64,000 nucleotides of DNA. Origin: Squalus acanthias (Eukaryota). The stretch is from the NCBI GenBank assembly GCA_030390025.1, contig CM059432.1:47122001-47186000 (forward strand), in the 5' to 3' direction. Numbering within the stretch: position 1 is the stretch's first letter; every line of letters begins with the position of its first letter. Positions 12,546 to 26,340 of this stretch are shown one piece after another. The translations under genes were made by a program, and so were the position numbers. The notes under the pieces are model-generated. The model searched no databases, was not told the DNA's origin, and was given only the letters and a program-made list of their open reading frames with translations.

Positions 12546-12657
12546 ATAGAGCCAAGGCTGAGCCAACTATAATTTCAGGACTCCAACATAAGAGAGCATG
12601 AGACACTATATTTGTGACAATATTAAATTACTCTTAACCCCATGTTATGTATTTCAG

Positions 12658-12776
12658 GGAGATATAGGCAAGGAAATGTACATCATCAAGTCAGGAGAGG
12701 TCCAAGTGCTTGGTGGACCTGATGGTAAAAAGGTTCTGGTTACCTTGAAGGCTGGATCTGTATTTGGAGAAATCAG
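12658..12776 (+). CDS. CNGB3: CNG channel beta subunit, internal coding exon (CNBD N-half), 119 nt
   Basis: tttcag|GGA acceptor, AG|gtaatg donor. Encodes [39 protein letters not shown], near-identical to the vertebrate CNGB3 CNBD as recalled. Confidence 0.93.
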
Positions 12777-13260
12777 GTAATGTTGTGGCTGTTTAAGGAC
12801 AGAATTGATAAAATGTATTTATTTATTCATTTATTATATTTAATCAGAAATAATGACAAAGCTATGCTACCCCAAAATAGTTCATGAAATGTTTTTGAAG
12901 ATTATACGATATTAAAACAACGACATTTGAACATATTGGTGCAGAATTTCCGGGGAGGCCTTCGAGCCAGATTTGGGGCAGGACAGAACTACCCCATGGA
13001 TGTGTCCTTCACTGCGGCCAATATCCTGGGTATGGGGAATTTACATATTGCTGGTGGGAAAATGTGCTTGCCTTGGATGGGATGGAGGAAATTCCCTGAA
13101 GCTGCTTGCCACAGCATAAGTGGGTCTACAGGGCCATGGGAATGACACTAAAACCATTTTTAAATCCCCACCTCCTTTATCTGATGGTTTTGGTAATGTA
13201 ATCCATCACAAATGACAGGGGATATGTATTTCCCAGCATTTACATGGGCCGCCCACATGT

Positions 13261-15040
13261 GGGTGGATATTTAGGATTCAACCCTTTGGTAGAACTTTTG
13301 ACAGGTAGGAAAAGGGACAGAGTGAAATCAGGGAGTTTTAACATGGAGGAGCGTGTGGGTTTAGGCGGAGGATTAAAGCTGGCAAATGCAAGTGATATTT
13401 CAATTGGAGCGACATTTCAACACACTTTTAACTTTAACGTCTCATCCACGGGATTCGCGGGCTTTCTGAAACTCGGACATGAAAGCAAGGCGAGCACACA
13501 ACGGTAATTCACGGGGCTGATACAAACTCCTGCAAATGCTGCAATAAATACTCAGTGCTCACAGCTGCTTTCTTACCTACTAGTGGGAAAAGGTTTGTTC
13601 ACTACTTTTGATGAGAGTTTACTTTATACACTTTGGATATTTTCTGGATCACATCAGGATGGGTGGTGCCTTGGCTGCCTTAGATTGGACCTACAACGAG
13701 GAGCAATATAACCAGCAGCAGCAGCCTGCTGTTGAAAGACCTGCAGCTGGATAGCAGAGAGTGGAACAGCAGAGGGGTGCAGCTCACAGGAGGCACTAGC
13801 TGCGACATAGGGTGTACGGGCAGAGGCTGAGCTTCCTTGACATGTCCAAACAGCAGTGTTTCAGGAGGCTCAGGTTGTCGTGTCAGGTGGTGGCAGACAT
13901 CTCTAGCCTCCTAGAAGAAGTCCCACTCTCTGCTGGACCTGGTGGCCACACGTTACCAGTGACTGTCAAAGCAACCACCGCCCTCAACTTTTTCGCCTCC
14001 AGATCCTTCCAGGGCTCTGCCCGAGACATATCCAGGATCTCCCAGTCAGCGGTACACAAATGCATAAGGCAGGTGACTGGTTGTCGGCCAGGGCCAGATA
14101 TTGTGTGAACTTCGCCTGCGATGACGCCAGTCAGAATGAGCGGACGTTCGGGATTGTGGCTCTGGCTGGCTTTCCAAAGGTGCAGGGCGTCATCGACTGC
14201 ACACACGTGGCAATCTGCGCATCCCCCAGATCAACCAGGAGTATTCGTCAACTGCAAGGGCTTCCACTCCATCAATGTGCAGCTGGTGTGCAATCACAAA
14301 AAGATATTTCTACAGGTGTGCACAGGATTCCTGGGGCGCTGCCATCAATGTTCCTTCTAAGTTGGGTGGTTGCACGGCCGCACAGCTCTCTGCTGCTCCC
14401 GCGCAGCCCGGGACCAGATTTTTCAATGTTAAATTTCGCCCATGCGTGAAACTGTGAATGGGCTGTGCAGTCCCTTAAAGGGCCGCACACCCAAAAAAAT
14501 TACAGGGACCATTAGCTGCGATGATACTTTCATCCTGTGGCAGTACAAGCCCCATGACCTCTTTGGACCTGCAAGCAGGCTTAAGGGGTGGCTGCTAGGA
14601 GACAAGGGATACCCCTTCAAACTTGCCTAATGATTCCTGTCAGAAACCCAACCAATGAAGCCCTACAATGAATACCATATGACCACCAGACATGTGATCG
14701 AACATCGGCATGCTGAAGATGCGCTTCAGGAGCGCCCTTCAGTAATCACCAGCCAGGATCTCCAGAATGGTCGTGGTGTTCTGCGCTCTGCACAATCTTG
14801 CACAGCAGCGAGGTTTGGACCTGCAGAAGGAACAAAGCGCACAGCACAGGTCGTATGCGAACAAATCCGAAGCGGAAAGTAAGGAAGACGAGGAGGAGGA
14901 AGGTGATGATGGCAATGCAGCACCAGGTGCTCACATTGCTGCCAGGGAGCCCATATTAATGCAAGGTTCACTTAGTTACCACCAGTGGACTTCACAACAC
15001 AACATTTTCTCCTACATCCTTGTGCATACCCTTGTGCAAC
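13261..15040 (+). mobile_element. Harbinger element with HARBI1-like transposase pseudogene
   Basis: [51 protein letters not shown] and CALHNLA pieces in different frames; extra segment at ~14360-14500. Confidence 0.88.
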
Positions 15041-15084
15041 TATAAAGCTATTGGGCAAAAAATGCAGGGCCTTTACGCCACCCG

Positions 15085-16073
15085 TGTAAGGGGTTTTCTC
15101 TGATACTGGTCCCCCGTTACACAGTTCTTGGACGTCAGGATTTATAAGAACAAAATACACATGGCACAGGGTTTTGGCTCAATCTTTGATTCGTTCGTTT
15201 ATTGAACACACACACCTTCCCAGTATAAATCCCTATGATTTATATTAGACTAACAACCCCAAAATACAACCCCCTACACAAGGGTCATTTGCATCGACAC
15301 AATATGACACAGTTAAACCCGTCCGCAATTTGACTGTTACATATAAAGTTACCCAGACTCAATCACAAAAACCTTATTGTGATCTGACGGAAACTTACTC
15401 AGACTCAATCACAAAAACCCCCTCTATGATTTGACTGAAACATACAATCACCACTCCCGATCGGCTGTCTCCTGGAGTTGATTGTAGGCCCGAATCTTTC
15501 TGCTCGCTGTTCTTCCGTTAGCTTCCCACACCGACTCTCTTCGAAATACCTCTTACTTTAAACCAAAACCAACTTGCAATTTCTTGAAACACATATCCTG
15601 GCCCCCTCCTGTGTATATGATGGCCGTACAAAATGAGTGAACATCTCTAGCAGAGAACTCTTGAGGGCTAATTGTCCCTCGTATTGTCCATTGATTACTT
15701 GGGCACCGATTGTCTACATTGAGGTTCTTTCTGACAATGCAGCCTTCCCAAGGTGACTGCATATGCTAGTTGTTGGTTTCTGTTAGCATTCGTACTCAAA
15801 TGGTTCAAGGTCCGGCCCATTGTCTAGGCCTGCACTGATGCTAGTTATTCTTGGGCCATGGTCTTCTTTAACAATGTAACCCCTTAAGGTAAATGAAATA
15901 GTGAATGTTCTTGTTCAGAAGCATTCGTATTTTAGATTGTCTGTGATCATTGATATCCAGTCGCTTGATGGTTCGTAGCTTCGGCTGCAATGTTTGAATT
16001 AACCCTTTATTGCCCATCTCTTTTTGCGGGCTGTGTAGTTCTGGGTTTTTATATTTCATAGTCCAATTTTTAC
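15085..16073 (-). mobile_element. Possible solo LTR-like insertion
   Basis: Begins TGTAA, TTTATT near the left end, internal ~45-bp duplication (15350-15445); no TSD confirmed. Confidence 0.3.
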
Positions 16074-16074
16074 C

Positions 16075-17990
16075 GTGGGGGGGGTGGGGGGAGGAACAGA
16101 TCCTACATCCGTTACTGGCAAAACTGGCAAAAGTGCGACGGCCATCGCTCTTTTGCCAGCTGGGTGTGGGTCACGCGGCATCCTCCATTTTTGTTCTCCC
16201 GTTAGCGCTGCCGGTAACAGGTATCACCCTGCGAAAAAAAAAATGGCCGATTGGTGACATCAGTCGGCATGCAACGCCAACTTATAGTCACCACGGCCAA
16301 CTTCGAACCTAATGCTGAGCTCAGTCCTGGGTCATAACCTCGACAGGGAAACCCAGCATGCAAAGAGGCTGCCAGAGGTGCTGTCAGCACCTCTTAAAGG
16401 GACACACACATCTTTCAGGTAAGTTTGCATTTAAGCTTTTGGAATGGATTTTTTTAATTTTATTGAAGTACTGGCTTCCTGCAATACATGTTAAAAGTTT
16501 CTTAAGTGCGTAGGGAGTGCTGTTGGATGCTTGCAAGGCCTTGGATGGTAAAGGAAGGCCTCTGAGAAAACAGAAAATGCTGCAAAAACTCAACAGGTCA
16601 GGCAATATCCGTGGAGAGAGAAACAGAGTTCATGTCTCAGGTTGAGATGCTGCCTGACCTGCTGAGTATTTCCAGCATTTCATGCTGTCATTTCAGATTT
16701 ACAGCATCCGCTCACAGAGGGAAGAGGAAGATACAGAACAGGAAGAAGCAGAAGAGGAGGAAGCAGAAGGAAGGATGCATCCCAGAAAGTCCCTTTGTGG
16801 CCGGGATATCCGGGATGGAATCATCTGCCTGCCAGTGACTACAACCCCAAGTCCCCTTTCAACATTTGTCCCACACCTTACCTCCCCTCTGTTACTGACC
16901 ATCACAGCGTCCTCTTGGCCACCTTGCTGAAATAAAAGCCACCACAAAGCAAACTTTCTGATCTCTATCCAATCTGACATCAAGAAATCAACTCATCACC
17001 CTTATGCATTCCCTTAGTGACTGTCTTGTGTATGCCTTTGCCTTTCCTACTGATGTCACACAGCATGGCTGGTAGAAGGCTGCTGACTTTCAATGGGGGA
17101 CACTGCAAATGGGCTTGCTAGTTGACCTTTAAGAGCTGGTGGCAGGGAGCATCAAATGAATCATCTTCTTCACTCTCCTCTCCCTCTTCTTGGTCAACCA
17201 CTGGCTGGGCAGGCTGCATTTCTTGAGTGTGTGAAATGAGGAAGGCACAAGGGTAGAGTTGTGGTAACGGGAGGGCAGGGAAGCAAGAAGTGCATGTGAG
17301 AAGGAGGATTACATACGAGGATACCAGCATCTTGTATCATTTCAGCCCCGCCGCTGGCCATGGGTTCAGCCATGCCCCTACCAAGAATGGCCAGCACCAT
17401 CTCCTCCAAGGGGGTGAGGTAAGGCTAGGAATGGGAGATGTGCCTCGTGATTGGTACAGATTGTTGGTAGGTGAGTCATGGGGGGAGAAGCGGAGTTGTG
17501 CATTGAGAAGTGTGTGAGGCTCATGACACAATTGGTAGGAGACAGCTTTTGAAGATGCAATCACTGACCTTGACAACTGGGCTGAGATCATGAAGCTTCT
17601 TTGGGCACAAGCCAGGTCGTGGGGGCCACACTACTGGCAGTGATGGCCTCGGTGATGTAGCCCCACATCCTTCTTTCTGGAGGGCCCCCTGGCCCCTGTG
17701 GGTAGAGGACCTCTCTTGCGGCATTGACCCCCTGCACAAAGCTGCAGTTCTGCTTGCGAGACCCTGGGTGCCCCTTCCCTGGCTTTCTGAGCCAATTGTG
17801 TTAGTGCTGAAGCACTTTTCCCATTTTATGAGGTTCAGAAGGCAATTCAGTTTTAAGTGCTGAAGAATCCCATTTGGAATTTCTTTTTAATGATAAATTT
17901 TCATTGAAAGGCAGTAAGGGCTGAAAGCTGCATTTTTACACTGCATTTTAATTTTTATTAATTCTGAATACATTGCCCTTCAATTCATTG
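16075..17990 (-). mobile_element. Second copy of the 2333-4622 non-autonomous Harbinger family
   Basis: Colinear similarity (cttaaagggacacacacatctttcaggtaag, E-rich tract, SANT remnant), including the same hairpin insertion at ~16565-16710. Confidence 0.78.
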
Positions 17991-18254
17991 CCCCTTTAAT
18001 TTCCCACAATTCCTTGCGAACTCCACAGCCTCGCTCCCACAGGCTGTAAGAAGCAGCAACGCCGACTGTGGACGGGAACTTCGGGTCGGAGACCTTCATT
18101 AACGCCACCAGGAGGGCGTTGCATGGTAAGTTAGCGCTGTGCTCCACATCGCCAACCCCCAGCGTGAACTTTTCAATGGTAGTGCTGCGGCCATTTTCAG
18201 CGGCCAGTAACTCAAGTTGCCGGTGACTCCCGCAATTCTCCTGGCGCACACGAA

Positions 18255-20040
18255 TTTTTCCCCCTTACTCTTTCTTTTCCTACCACTCCTATGTGGTGTA
18301 ACCCCTCTGACTTCAGTAGAGGTAGAGGCAGGCTGCTCAGATCCCTGCTCTGACTGCTAAGATGCTCTTGGCTGACAACCTCTGGGTTTTGGAGCTCATG
18401 AGGACCCCGCCAAAGTCTTCTCCACCTGCACCTGTGCAAGCAGACTCGGCCATCGGGACATGAAGCAGCATGTTGGGTACTTACTGTGGGGTGGCGGGGG
18501 GGTGGGGGTAACCGGTGAGAAGTGGAAGTGCTTATAGTGGAGCCCCCACTTCCATGTCCTCTTTTGCCATCAGACCTCCCATAGGCCAGCTGCACTTCAC
18601 TGCTACCACTCTGCTGGAGAGCAGCTTGCTGCAGATCAGTGATGCGCTGTAAGGCCAAGGCCAAGGTATCTGTCATCCTATTTAAGGCGCCAGACATGTT
18701 GGCATCCAGAGTGTGCACAGCTGTGGTCAAGGTGGGCATGGACACATTTGATTGCTGCATTTGATGTTCCACGAAGTTGGCCACTCTATCCATGCAAGAA
18801 TATATTGTCGCAATGCCCTGCAACATCAACCCACTCATGCTTGAGGCGGTCAGTTCCATTCTCTCTGCAGTTGTGGACAGTGTGCTTGGAAGGCCCATCA
18901 GTACATCGCACATTCTCTGCTGCTCCTCAATGATTATCCTTTTCATCAATGGCTCCCAGGGTACAGTATCTGTGTCCAGCTTGGAGAGGGCTGCGCCCTC
19001 CGATCTCTCCACAGCTGTCCCTGCCACCACCATCTGCTCTTGCTCAATTGTGAAATGTGAATCACCAGGTGAAAACCCAACTATCTGTCTAACTGGTCCC
19101 ACCAAAGTGTGATTATCTGAGATGATGCATGGTAAGCATGAGTCCTGTGAGGATTCGTCACCAGCGAGGTCCAAGGACTCCTGCTGCATGCATGAAGGCC
19201 CTGTCAGCGATAAAAGATATGAATTAGTACTCACAAGGTAAGAATGTTACAACCTATCACTATGAAGATGATAGATGAAGATATTTCACTCGCTGCTGAA
19301 ATCAAGCCAACATGACTGAGTGTTGTATGACATGTTTGTGCATTATATTTCATTCTCTCACCAGATAGCTAGGAGGTCCCCATCTCCCCATCTCCACTGC
19401 TGGGGACGCTGAGACGCCACTGATCTACAGCGCTTCCTCCTCTGCAGTTGTCAACTATGTGATCTGTGGAGGCCCACTTTCGGTTCTCTCCCTCTCCCTT
19501 GTGGATTGTGCTCTTTTCTCCTGTAACAGGTGAAAAAACAGACCTATGAGTGAGTGTAATGGCATGTGTTCACCCGATGGATGCAGTGTATTTGGTGAGG
19601 GTAACTATCAAGGAAGGCAGGATGAAGGTGAGTGGCAGTGGTAGATGGATAGATGGGGATGTGAGGAAGTGCAGAGAAAGAGGATTGGTTTGCTTGCAAG
19701 GTAAGTGGGTGTGAGGAGTGATGTGATGGAGTAGGCTTGAGAATACAGTGAGAATATGGGATGATGCACACGGCAGGATGTAGGTGAATGTGCATCTGTG
19801 CTCAACTTTCCTGACCTGCTTAGGTCATTAAAGCACTTCCTGCATTGAATCCAGGAACGTGGCGCAATGCTCCTGCTGTTAACCTCCTGGGCCACCTCCA
19901 GCCATGCCTTCTTTGTGGCAGCAGCAGGTTTCTTCCTCCCATTGCTGGGGAAGAGTCTCCCGGCTCCTCAAAGCTACCAGCAGTACATCAATGGAGGTGT
20001 CATTGAAGCGGGGTGCAGCCTTTGACCATACTGAATCCAT
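18255..20040 (-). pseudogene. Three-exon Myb/SANT-like (Harbinger ORF2) pseudogene; element extends to ~20331
   Basis: Exons ~20040-19807, 19520-19362, 19200-~18260 with GT-AG borders. KAAPRFNDTS...AWLEVAQEVNSRSIAPRSWIQCRKCFNDL | EKRAQSTRERERT; stops and frameshifts present. Confidence 0.8.
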
Positions 20041-20869
20041 TCTCACAGTTTGTCTTCTCTTGTTCCAACTCCCAACTCATCCATATTCCATCTTTGGATT
20101 GGCCCCTTTAAATACTGGAGATGAGATCACGTCACGCGGGACCTCTTCACGTCTGCTGCCGCGCATGCGATGCCAAGCCCAAAAGTAAAATGATAATGAG
20201 GTGGCTGCGTTAAAATGCCACTTAAAGACTTGCTGAACTTACGTCCGGGTTTCCCACGTGATATCGGACCCCACCCCCACCCCATCTCCCCTGCCCCGCT
20301 CCCAATGCGGCTCCGAGTCAATGTCAGGGCCAATGTAACCAGATTCAAAGCCTGATTTTAACTCCGGCTCCTAAAATAACTCATTCATTTTAGGCAGGTG
20401 AACTCTTAATTGTGATTTAGAAGAAGTGACTGAGTAATGATAGGCCTTTCAATTACGCAGAATGTTTGAAGATTATAACCACTAGAGAGCCATCCCATTA
20501 CCTGATGCTCTCCTCTAACTTCTCCAGCTCCCACCACCTCCCCAGTATGTCAGCCCAGGAATTGCAGAACTATTCCTTTGAAAATGTAGAGAGGTTAGGA
20601 ATTAATTAAAAGTTTAATTTCACGGAGGTATCTGCAGACATTCCACTGTGATAATGCTTTAAGGTGCAGGCTGTGTAACAGTCTATTTACTTTTCACTCA
20701 CACACTATAAATCTTGGTCTCAGAAAGTGGGATAAGGAACAGTGGAATGTTGAGAGAGGGATGTTTGCTCAGTGGGGGAGCTTGATAAGTTACCTGGTGC
20801 ATATTAACTGTTTTATTTATCTTTTGATTCACACTGTGTGAACATGAATGGTGTGGAGGTTGAGTTATG

Positions 20870-21120
20870 CTTTCTGCATTATTTCAGGATATGCGTGGGT
20901 ACTCGGACCTTTACATACCTGGTGAGGTTATTAAAATGTTTCTGGCACTGTATTGCTGGCCGCACGGTGGTTAATGTGGCACTGACTGGGTGCACCAATC
21001 TTTTTTGGGGCTCCATGTCTTGGGTTGCAAATAGTCTTGTCGTCCTTGCCCTTATCTCCACCAACATCACCTCCACAGAAGCTTCCAAGAACCTTGGGAT
21101 TCTGCCATTTTTCTTTCACT
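20870..21120 (-). mobile_element. Degenerate Harbinger Myb/SANT exon 1
   Basis: ...VSATLTTVRPAIQCQKHFNNLTR. Confidence 0.6.
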
Positions 21121-21127
21121 GAGCTCC

Positions 21128-21711
21128 TGCTCAGCCCATCTCCCAGCACTGACCCCTGGGAACTCCACTCAGCCCATCTCCAAGCACTGACCCCTGGGAC
21201 ACTCCACTCAGCCCATCTCCTAGCACTGATCCCCGGGACACTCCACTCAGCCCATCTCCCAGCACTGACCCCTGGGAACTCCACTCAGCCCATCTCCAAG
21301 TACTGACCCCCGGGACACTCCACTCAGCCCATCTCCCAGCACTGACCCCCGGGACACTCCACTCAGCCCATCTCCCAGCACTGACCCCTGGGACACTCCA
21401 CGCAGCCCATCTCCCAGCACTGACCCCCGGGACACTCCACTCAGCCCATCTCCCAGCACTGACCCCTGGGACACTCCACTCAGCCCATCTCCCAGCACTG
21501 ATCCCTGGGACACTCCACTCAGCCCATCTCCCAGCACTGATCCCTGGGACACTCCACTCAGCCTATCTCCCAGCACTGACCCCTGGGAACTCCACTCAGC
21601 CCATCTCCCAGCACTGACCCCCGGGACACTCCACTCAGCCCATCTCCCAGCACTGACACCTGGGACACTCCACTCAGCCCATCTCCCAGCACTGACACCT
21701 GGGATACTCCA
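21128..21711. repeat. Minisatellite, 39-bp unit (some 38), about 15 copies
   Basis: Unit ctccactcagcccatctcccagcactgacccctgggaca, head-to-tail with no spacers. Confidence 0.95.
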
Positions 21712-22690
21712 TTTAACACTTGGATTGTCTTCTGCCTCTTTAAGCTGCAACAGTCTTCTAACTGCCATAGCTAATCCGAATTTCCCTCCCTCCCAGCAGC
21801 AGAGAACCATTCAGCAGCAGGATTTCCACCTTTAACCCATCCTGCATACTAAATTAGGACCTCACAGGAAAAAGCAGTCGGGTGACAGCGGGATTACATG
21901 GGTGGGTGGAAGTCCCACCATGTTTCAAACAGGTCAAGGAAAATCCAGGCCAATTTAACCAGTTACTTTTCTAATCTGGAAAGCAGCTGTCAATATCTTT
22001 AAATTTAACGCATGTAGACGCTCATCAGTTTTTCTTTTGGTGAATCAGTTGAATTGCTTCTGTACATGGAATATTTTGACACAAATTGTGAGCAGGCAAA
22101 CCGTAAATTACTGGATAGAGAGTTGGATTAAGAGTTCAAATTCAAGTAGCATGCACCATTTCATTACCACCAAAAAGGCCATAACAATTCCAAATCCGGT
22201 CAAATTGCGGCTAATTTACCTACACTTTTTGCAACTACAGCCAGTTTATGTAAAACATCCAGAAAAACTGAGACTCCTGTCCACTGTAATTATCATATTA
22301 ATTTTTTTAATGTATTTGATTTGGAATAACTATTTGTCCAGTTTAGGCAATTATTCATGCTGTAAATTTACTTTTAAAAATTAATGGGTGTCATCTTGAG
22401 AGCAATATGACATGTGCCACTTCACATTAAAGGGACATCTGATCAAATACACTTTATAGAAGTTAGGTCAATGTTCCATTGTATCTTATTATCTGCAGCA
22501 TTTGATAAGAGATGAATTCTATCAATGTACCAGCCATGCAGTCTGTTATCATCATCATTTTTAAACAAGTCTCTCTTCATAAAGCTGAAATGTAGTTTAG
22601 CCTGACAGTATCTTGTGGCAAATCAAACAAGGGACTTCAAGCTGCTGACAAGATTCCAGTGGCACAATCTATGAACGAAAAAGATTTTCA

Positions 22691-23495
22691 GGGCTGGATT
22701 TTTCCAACCTCGGCGGGTCCACGGCGGGCGACGTCCGTGGCATGTGGGGACCTCGCATCTGTCTGGATCCCGGCCTCCAACAAGATGGAAGTGGGTCTGA
22801 TGACGCCATTTGATGACGCGTCATCAGCCAGTTTACTTAAAGGGGCCATGTCCAAATTGATTTTGACAGTTGTGCTATCAGTGTTCTGCAGCATTGAGGT
22901 GCTGCAAACACTGACAAGCACTGCACAAAGGTGCACAGCTGCACCCAGGTTCTCCCATGACTCCCTCCATATGCTTATGGAGGGAGTCACAGCACACAGG
23001 GAGGTTCTCTTCCCTTCCAATGGGCAGAAGACACCTCCCCAGGACACCAACGCAGCCTGGTTGCACATTGCACAGGAGGACACAAGCAGGGATGTCGTCG
23101 GGAGGACCAGTCTGCAGTGGCACAAACCTTTCAATGATCTCAGTCGATCACGAAAGGTTACTGCAAAGCCACACTCAACCTCATCCTGCTGTGCCACTCA
23201 TCACATCCCCATCACTCTGCCTTCCTAACCCTACACCAGCACATCCTTACTCACACCAACTTAACTTGCACCTCCACTCATCCCCATCTCACTAGCCACC
23301 CCTCACACTCACCCTCAACCTAGTCCAATCATACCAATTAACAACACACAAGGGTAGGCCAATGTTCTTGTAAACTTTCTGTTATTGTGTTGTCAAGAAT
23401 TGAAATCCTTATTGTCACCACTTTGTGTTCTTGGACAGATTTGTGTGCACCTTTTAAAGTGTCTTAGTGAGTTCCAGTGAATGGTGAGACATAGG
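22691..23495 (+). mobile_element. Harbinger element, same family as 7865-9461 (Myb/SANT exon 1)
   Basis: TIR gggctggatttt; 22840-23490 is highly similar to 8030-8720. Confidence 0.82.
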
Positions 23496-23519
23496 GCTGG
23501 ATTTTACCAGCTCCGAGGA

Positions 23520-23615
23520 GCTTCAAAAGTACTTAATTGGCTGTAAAGCGCTTTGAGACGTCCAGTGGTCGTGAAAGGCGCTATATAAATGCAAGTCTTT
23601 CTTTCTTTCTTTCCT
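23520..23615 (+). mobile_element. SINE/L2 3' tail
   Basis: aaagcgctttgagacgtcc...aggcgctatataaatgcaagtc(tttc)n. Confidence 0.75.
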
Positions 23616-23849
23616 TCCTGCTGAGAGTAGCGCTGGAAAACCAGTCTTACACACAACGTTTAGCGCTGTGCTAATTTAAATTAGTAGGCAACACCAAAAT
23701 ACCGGTGCTGCCTGCGCTATGAATTTGGGCAGCTGTTAACTGCGGTCCGTGGTGGCAACGGCAGGTTTTCGGGGCACTGGAATTTCTAGGCTATAACATT
23801 TAATTTCAGTTATATTACAAATTGGGGGGGAGGGGGGGAGAGGGGAAAG

Positions 23850-24015
23850 GAAAATACTGCAGATGCTGGAAATCTGAAATAAAAACACAAAATGCCGAAA
23901 ACATTCAGCAGGTCAAGGTCAGTGATGAAAGGTCATCGACCTGAAACATCAACTCTTTCTCTCTCCACAGATGCTGCCTGACCTGCTGACTGTTTCTCGC
24001 ATTTCTGTTTTTATG
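23850..24015. mobile_element. Penelope-end hairpin element with hammerhead-like core
   Basis: Inverted arms around gtgatga-aaggtc atc gacct-gaaac-atc-aact. Confidence 0.78.
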
Positions 24016-25721
24016 TTATAAATGGGGACACGTGATCATATATGAACTTACACCTCAGTCATTAGTCAAAGACAGTCTGCTATTACAAAGCGTTACTTAA
24101 TGTGCTTACTCAGCAGGGATTCTGAAAAATCATTAAAAACAAGCAAGTGACAAGATTAAGAACTATGTTATATACTGCATGTAAAGACCTGTAAATAAGG
24201 TGAATATTTATTCACATTTAAATTTTTAATTATAATGTTATGGCTAATTTTCTTATCAAAATATCAGGAAAGTTGGTGACGGTTTAGTGCTCGAGTAGGT
24301 GAAGTCTCACATTATTCCCTTTTGCTTTACTTTATGCATTCAACAGATCAAATTTAATGGATGGAAAATGGTTGGTAGCAAACCTGTGATTTCCCAGTAT
24401 GAGCTGGCAGCAGGTGAGGTTCCTCAACACTGCCGCATACTTGGAAAATTTAGGCCATATTTTCCATTAAAATCAGTAAACTCCCTGCAAGTTAATTATG
24501 TCATGGAGTGCATTTTTATATCAAGTAATTATTAAGCTTTTATGTCAGCTGTTTAAAATTTTTGCACTGTCCGAAATGTTTGCATTGAAGTTTTTGTTTG
24601 TAAAGTGTAAGGCAATCCTTACTCACCAAGTTATTCACTGAAAACCAGTGGCCTTGAAATAGACATCGGGCCCAGCTGCCATTTTAACCAAAGACCTGCG
24701 TGGGGAAGCTGTTGAGGCTTCTCCAACAAGCCAACCTGTCAGGAAGAGGAGCCAGGGCCAGAAGAAGCCCAAAAAGATAGGCCCCATATCGTGTGCTGAG
24801 GCGTCTCCTGCCACAGGCTTCCCTCCCTCCCCTGGCTGCGAGGCTCTCCCGACCACCCCCCTCCCAATCACTTACATGAGTTCTAGATCTGTGACTTCAG
24901 GTCCCTGGTGATGGCCTTGTCCCACCCTCCAGCCAACTATCGCTTCCCACCGGGTACGGGCAGGAGACTGATGGGGCCTATGCAGACGGGGTCCGGGAGT
25001 TAAAATCTCCCAGACCTCTCGTTGCGGAGGGCTGGATATTTTCCGTTCGCCTCAGCTCCAACCTGCACAACTCCCACCAGGAGTGAAATTCGACCCTTAG
25101 GTTTCATCTTACTAACAATCTAATAATATCAACAGCAGGAATTATTTGGCAGGTTAAGGAAATGATGTTGTGCCTGTGCAGTGTCAGGTAAGTGCACCTG
25201 AAATAGGCTAAGTTTGGCTATTCTCCAAAATAAACTGAAGGGGATAAGTTCAGGTGATCTGAGTTATCAATAGCTCCATTTTCCTCCCAAATAATTATAT
25301 CATCCAGTTATTATTTAAATCGATAGTGTTAACCTGACCTGATCAGACAAGTCATTTCCTGTACCTGTGCCCCATTACAAATAGATTGTTTTAGTCTCTG
25401 TCTCCATTGAGTACCATTGACCTTGCACATTAGTGCCTGCTCATCGATTCACTAGATTGGTTATTTGTCTATACACTTATGTATATTCTACTGCTGAACG
25501 ATCTGCTCAAGTCATTGACACAGATGGCTGCTACCCTCTATTATAAAATACTGGCTGTAGGTTATTTGGTATTGCTAGATCTCTGACTAGTCCATTCTGC
25601 TGTTTCAGTCCATTACATTTGATTTGCTTCATGAAATAAACAACTGTTTTTCCTAATACAATTATACAAGTGGTGAATGAAGCACAAAGTTGGAATTGAC
25701 CAGGTTCTCTTATTATTGCAG

Positions 25722-25868
25722 TCTTCTGGCTGCGGGCGGTGGGAATCGACGCACTGCCAATGTGGTTTCCAGTGGATTCACAAACTTGTTTATTTTGAAC
25801 AAGAAGACTCTGAATGAAATTCTGGTGTGTTACCCAGATTCCCAGAAGATCCTTAAAAAGAAGGCCAA
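25722..25868 (+). CDS. CNGB3: CNG channel beta subunit, internal coding exon (phosphate-binding cassette, B/C helices), 147 nt
   Basis: ttgcag| acceptor, AA|gtaagt donor, phase 2 at both ends, compatible with neighbours. Encodes (S)[48 protein letters not shown](K). Confidence 0.93.
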
Positions 25869-26199
25869 GTAAGTGAAAAATACTTAAAATAAAATAGGAT
25901 CAAATGTTTTTGATGCAAAATTATACAACTGGAAAAACAAATCATCACTTACACATCTAAATCTAGGGACCACACTGTTCCTATGTTTGGTATGATGTGT
26001 GCAACAGAGGACCCTTCACAGTCATGGGTAACACAGCTCACTTTTCCACTTCCCTCTTTCATTACCAAGTTTAGCCAGAACACTGAATACACATTTAGGA
26101 GTCACACAAGAAATCATCCATTTCATTTAGTTTACGACCAAGTCACAAGCCATGTTGTAGACCATACAGATGCACAAGCTGCACGTAGCCTAGATTTTT

Positions 26200-26340
26200 G
26201 GACTCTAAGGGAATCAAGGAATATGGGAATCAGACTGGAAAGTGAAGTTGAGGTTGAAGATCAGCCATGATCTTATTGAATGGCGGAGCAGGCTCAAGGG
26301 GCCGTATGGCCTACTCCTGCTCCTATTTCTTTTGTTCTGA
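26200..26340 (+). mobile_element. CR1 3' UTR fragment
   Basis: gatcagccatgatcttattgaatggcggagcaggctc...ggcctactcctgctcctatttc. Confidence 0.78.

Noticed and set aside
1..12657. Further upstream CNGB3 exon (C-linker, ..YLPGD.VCKK)
   Set aside because: No matching peptide with splice sites found by eye; it probably lies left of the window.
21128..21711. CRISPR-like array or repeat-protein gene
   Set aside because: Units are contiguous with no unique spacers, there are no cas genes, and the context is a vertebrate intron; the ORFs arise from the 39-nt period.
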